Below are positions 26,296-28,817 of a stretch of 28,817 bases of DNA, piece after piece. The stretch comes from a virus (taxonomy: Duplodnaviria > Caudoviricetes), in the IMG/VR virus record IMGVR_UViG_3300037499_000115, positions 1 through 28,817 of that record; one strand, 5' to 3'. The notes beneath the pieces are model-generated. The model ran no database searches, was not told the origin of the DNA, and saw nothing but the letters and a program-made list of their open reading frames with translations. Both the position numbers and the translations under genes were made by a program. Every line of letters begins with the position of its first letter. Positions within the stretch are counted from its first letter, which is position 1.

Positions 26296-26610
26296 ATGGT
26301 CGGGAAGCTGCGGGCGGCGGACGGGCTGATCCTGCCCGAGGTGCGCCACACCATCGGCCAGCTAGCGCTGCAGCCGGAAGACTCCGCCGCCGCCACCCTC
26401 GCCGAGCAGTACGCCCGGGCGATCGACCAGGCCACCTGTTCGGCGTGCGGCGCTACCGGCGACCGGCTCGACCAGCTCGGCCCGAAGCTGCTGGCGGTAC
26501 TCGAATCGCTGGGTGCCACCCCACGCGCCCGGGCCGCCGCCGGCAAGACCCGGGGAGGGGGCACCGGTGGCAAACTCGCCGCGGTCCGGGCAGCTGCTCG
26601 GCCGGCGTGA
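26296..26610 (+). CDS. terS: Terminase small subunit
   Basis: GGAGG SD; EDSAAATLAEQYARAID...LGPKLLAVLESLGATPRARAA; overlaps terL. Confidence 0.85.
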   Translation: MVGKLRAADGLILPEVRHTIGQLALQPEDSAAATLAEQYARAIDQATCSACGATGDRLDQLGPKLLAVLESLGATPRARAAAGKTRGGGTGGKLAAVRAAARPA

Positions 26611-28060
26611 GCCCCGGCTGTACTCGCCACCGCTGCGCAAGCTGACCCGCCGCACCACCGCCGGGTACGAAGCGATCCAGTTCGCGCAGGACGTGCTGGG
26701 TGTCGAGCTGGTGCCGTGGCAGCGCTGGTGGTTGCTGCACGCCCTTGAGCTACACCCATCCGGCGGGTTCCGCTACCGGACCGTGCTGACCCTAGTCGGG
26801 CGCCAATCGGGCAAAACTCACCTTTTGAAGATTCTCGCCCTCTACTTCATGTACGTGCGCGGGGTGCGGCTGGTGCTCGGATCCGCCCAGTCCCTCGACA
26901 TCGCCAGGGAGTCCTGGGCGGGGGCGGTCGCGATGGCGCAGGGCGAGCCCGAGCTGGCGGCCGAGATCCCACCCAACGGGGTCCGCCACGCCAACGGCGA
27001 GCAGTGCCTGACCCTCACCTCCGGCGCCCGGTACCGGATCACCGCCAGCACCCGGTCAGCCGGCCGCGGACTGTCGGTCGACCTGCTCATCCTCGACGAA
27101 CTGCGCGAACATGCCGACTGGGGACCATGGGCGGCGCTGAGCAAGACCACGATGGCCCGGCCGGACGCCCTCACCGTCGCGATCAGCAACGCCGGCGATG
27201 ACCGATCGATTGTTTTGAATCATCTACGGGAATCCGCCCTGGCTGGCAGAGACGAGACGATTGGCCTGTTTGAATGGTCCGCGCCGCAGGGATGCGACCT
27301 CGACGATCCGAAAGCGTGGGCGCAGGCGAACCCCGGGCTTGGCTACGTCATCCCCGAACGGGTGATCCGGTCCAACCTGGCCACCGACCCGCCCGCCATC
27401 TTCCGCACCGAATGCCTGTGTCAGAAAGTCGACACGCTCGACCAGGCGATCGACCTGGCCGCGTGGCGCGACTGCGCCGACCCGTCCGGCACCCTCGACC
27501 GCGCCCGCGACCGGGTCGCCGCGTGCATCGACGTAGCCCCCGACGGCGCGCACGTCACGCTCACCACCGCGGCGACCCTCGACGACGGCCGGGTACGGGT
27601 CGATCCCGCCGCCGCGTGGAACTCCACTGACGCGGCCCGCTACGAGCTGCCCGGCCTGCTGGACGCGATCCAGCCGCGGGTGCTGGCCTGGTACCCGTCC
27701 GGGCCTGCCGCTGCCCTGGCTGCCGTGCTGAGGGGGCGGGATGGGGCAATGGAGCTCAAAGGTGCGGCGGTCACCGAAGCCTGCCAGGGTTTCGCCGACC
27801 TGGTCGCCGCCCGGCAGATCGTCCACCCCGGCGACCCGCTGCAGGACGCCCACGTGGCGGGGGCGCAGCGGTACCCGGTCGGCGACGGCTGGCGGTTCGT
27901 GCGCCGCGGCGCCGGCCACGTGGATGCCGCATACGCCGCGGCCGGGGCTGCCCACGCGGCGCTGACCGTGCCCTACGTACCGAAGCTACGCCCGCGGGTG
28001 GTTGCCGGCCGGCGGCCCCGGCCGGCCACCGGGGCGGCGGTCCGGGTGGTCCGCAGCTGA
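26567..28060 (+). CDS. terL: Terminase large subunit
   Basis: LVPWQ, VGRQSGKT Walker A, LLILDE Walker B, ISNAG, WAQANPGLG, CIDVAPD and HVDAA nuclease motifs; start probably GTG 26567. Confidence 0.95.
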   Translation: MANSPRSGQLLGRREPRLYSPPLRKLTRRTTAGYEAIQFAQDVLGVELVPWQRWWLLHALELHPSGGFRYRTVLTLVGRQSGKTHLLKILALYFMYVRGVRLVLGSAQSLDIARESWAGAVAMAQGEPELAAEIPPNGVRHANGEQCLTLTSGARYRITASTRSAGRGLSVDLLILDELREHADWGPWAALSKTTMARPDALTVAISNAGDDRSIVLNHLRESALAGRDETIGLFEWSAPQGCDLDDPKAWAQANPGLGYVIPERVIRSNLATDPPAIFRTECLCQKVDTLDQAIDLAAWRDCADPSGTLDRARDRVAACIDVAPDGAHVTLTTAATLDDGRVRVDPAAAWNSTDAARYELPGLLDAIQPRVLAWYPSGPAAALAAVLRGRDGAMELKGAAVTEACQGFADLVAARQIVHPGDPLQDAHVAGAQRYPVGDGWRFVRRGAGHVDAAYAAAGAAHAALTVPYVPKLRPRVVAGRRPRPATGAAVRVVRS

Positions 28061-28086
28061 GGGGTACTCGAAAGTGAGTTACCCCT
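28060..28086 (+). terminator. Hairpin immediately after terL
   Basis: AGGGGTACTC-gaaagt-GAGTTACCCCT, imperfect stem. Confidence 0.45.
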
Positions 28087-28110
28087 GGGCGGGCTGGACC
28101 ACCAGCGTGT

Positions 28111-28130
28111 TGAGCCGTAAGTGTTGACCT
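28111..28130 (+). repeat. Half-site copy of the palindrome-arm motif
   Basis: TGAGCCGTAAGTGTTGACCT vs TGAGCCGTAAGCGTTGACCT at 28261-28280 (19/20 identical, 150 bp apart). Confidence 0.85.
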
Positions 28131-28265
28131 CGGGTTCGACGGAACTTCAGAACCGCAGGTCAGAGGCACAAAACGGCCATGAATTGGGCCCAGCCTCAGG
28201 CGCGGGGCGGACAAACCGGACAGGTAGGCCCGTGCGACGGACCCAGTAGCCACCGCGCCGTGAGC

Positions 28266-28313
28266 CGTAAGCGTTGACCTAAGGGAGTCGACTCCCTTAG
28301 GTCAACGCTTACG
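28266..28313. repeat. Perfect 48-bp palindrome
   Basis: CGTAAGCGTTGACCTAAGGGAGTC|GACTCCCTTAGGTCAACGCTTACG. Confidence 0.95.
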
Positions 28314-28583
28314 CGCCGCCAGCTTCCACCCCGGGTGAACCGGCCGGCCACCGCCGTAGTAGCTTCGCCCGCCGCCCAGCGACGACCAGGATCTACCATC
28401 GTCGTCGATGTACTCCAGCTCGATCAGCTGCTGGTCCGACAGCCGCCGTGCGGCGCGGCGGACGGACTCGACCACCGCCCGCGGTGCGGCGGCGCCGCCC
28501 GCTAGCGCCAGCACGGTCTGCCACTGGCCATCGGCCAGCTGCGCCAGTAGCTCCCGCTGGGTGCGTCCCAACCCTCTACTCAT
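28302..28583 (-). CDS. Putative winged-helix DNA-binding protein (93 aa)
   Basis: MSRGLGRTQRELLAQLADGQWQTVLALA...ESVRRAARRLSDQQLIE; start and stop both lie at the flanking palindromes. Confidence 0.6.
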   Translation of the reverse strand: MSRGLGRTQRELLAQLADGQWQTVLALAGGAAAPRAVVESVRRAARRLSDQQLIELEYIDDDGRSWSSLGGGRSYYGGGRPVHPGWKLAARKR

Positions 28584-28626
28584 AAGTGTTGACCTTAGGG
28601 CCAACAGGCCCTAAGGTCAACACATA
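28583..28626. promoter_or_regulatory. 17-bp-arm inverted repeat forming a symmetric TTGACC-N17-TAAGGT promoter on both strands
   Basis: GTGTTGACCTTAGGGCC-aaca-GGCCCTAAGGTCAACAC; minus-strand -10 lies 8 nt before ATG 28583. Confidence 0.65.
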
Positions 28627-28666
28627 ACCCCCGGGCACCACCGGGACGGCTTGTCCTTCCTGGGCT

Positions 28667-28817
28667 GGTCGGCCCAAGATCGCTCCAGCTAGGCCGTCAG
28701 CTGGAGCGATCTTGGGTCCGGTCGCTTACATTTCGCGGGCCGAATTGCAAGCCACGGCCGGGCGCGCGGCTGCCGGGGAGAGAGGGACGCTAGGACATGG
28801 ATGTCCGGGGGTCTCTG
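28667..28817 (+). repeat. Terminal direct repeat, copy 2
   Basis: Matches 1-146 with an extra GGACA at 28793-28797. Confidence 0.97.

Larger units (their letters stand above)
1..28817. mobile_element. Complete temperate tailed phage genome (excised/circular form), actinobacterial host
   Basis: Terminal direct repeat, unsplit attP, integrase, and replication, packaging, head, tail and lysis modules all present; no host housekeeping genes; very high GC. Confidence 0.92.

Noticed and set aside
27200-27290. Lower-GC patch within terL (similar patches near 26800 and 2830-3120)
   Set aside because: Frames stay intact with expected motifs; too short to call an insertion without a computed composition profile.
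28111-28626. CRISPR array
   Set aside because: Only three sites with irregular 150 and 315 bp spacing, one interval containing a gene; not repeat-spacer geometry.
1-28817. Gene transfer agent or helper-dependent satellite
   Set aside because: It has its own integrase/attP, replication, packaging, head, tail and lysis genes, so an autonomous phage is the simpler reading.

Overview
The window looks like a complete, circularly closed genome (unit length about 28.67 kb; 1-146 repeats at 28667-28817) of a small, very GC-rich temperate siphovirus-like phage of an actinobacterium. An intact attP carrying the 3' half of tRNA-Val(TAC) lies next to a Xer-like tyrosine integrase. Most genes are on the minus strand. 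The early/replication block encodes a Cas4/RecB-like nuclease, an SSB-like protein, a J-domain protein, a Prim-Pol/helicase with iteron-like repeats, an HNH nuclease and a DUF6221-like protein. The late block encodes head, neck, tail and lysis proteins. The main oddities are: (1) portal, prohead protease and major capsid protein form one 1058-codon ORF that still has in-frame internal Shine-Dalgarno/ATG starts; (2) terS-terL is inverted and divergent from the portal; (3) a small winged-HTH-like gene is bracketed by related long palindromes, one perfect over 48 bp and one forming a symmetric two-way promoter; (4) no CI-type repressor is recognisable, but one motif is shared between attP and the early intergenic region; (5) a tail protein carries an M14 peptidase split by a lectin-like insertion. 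All family names come from motif recognition by eye; no searches were run.
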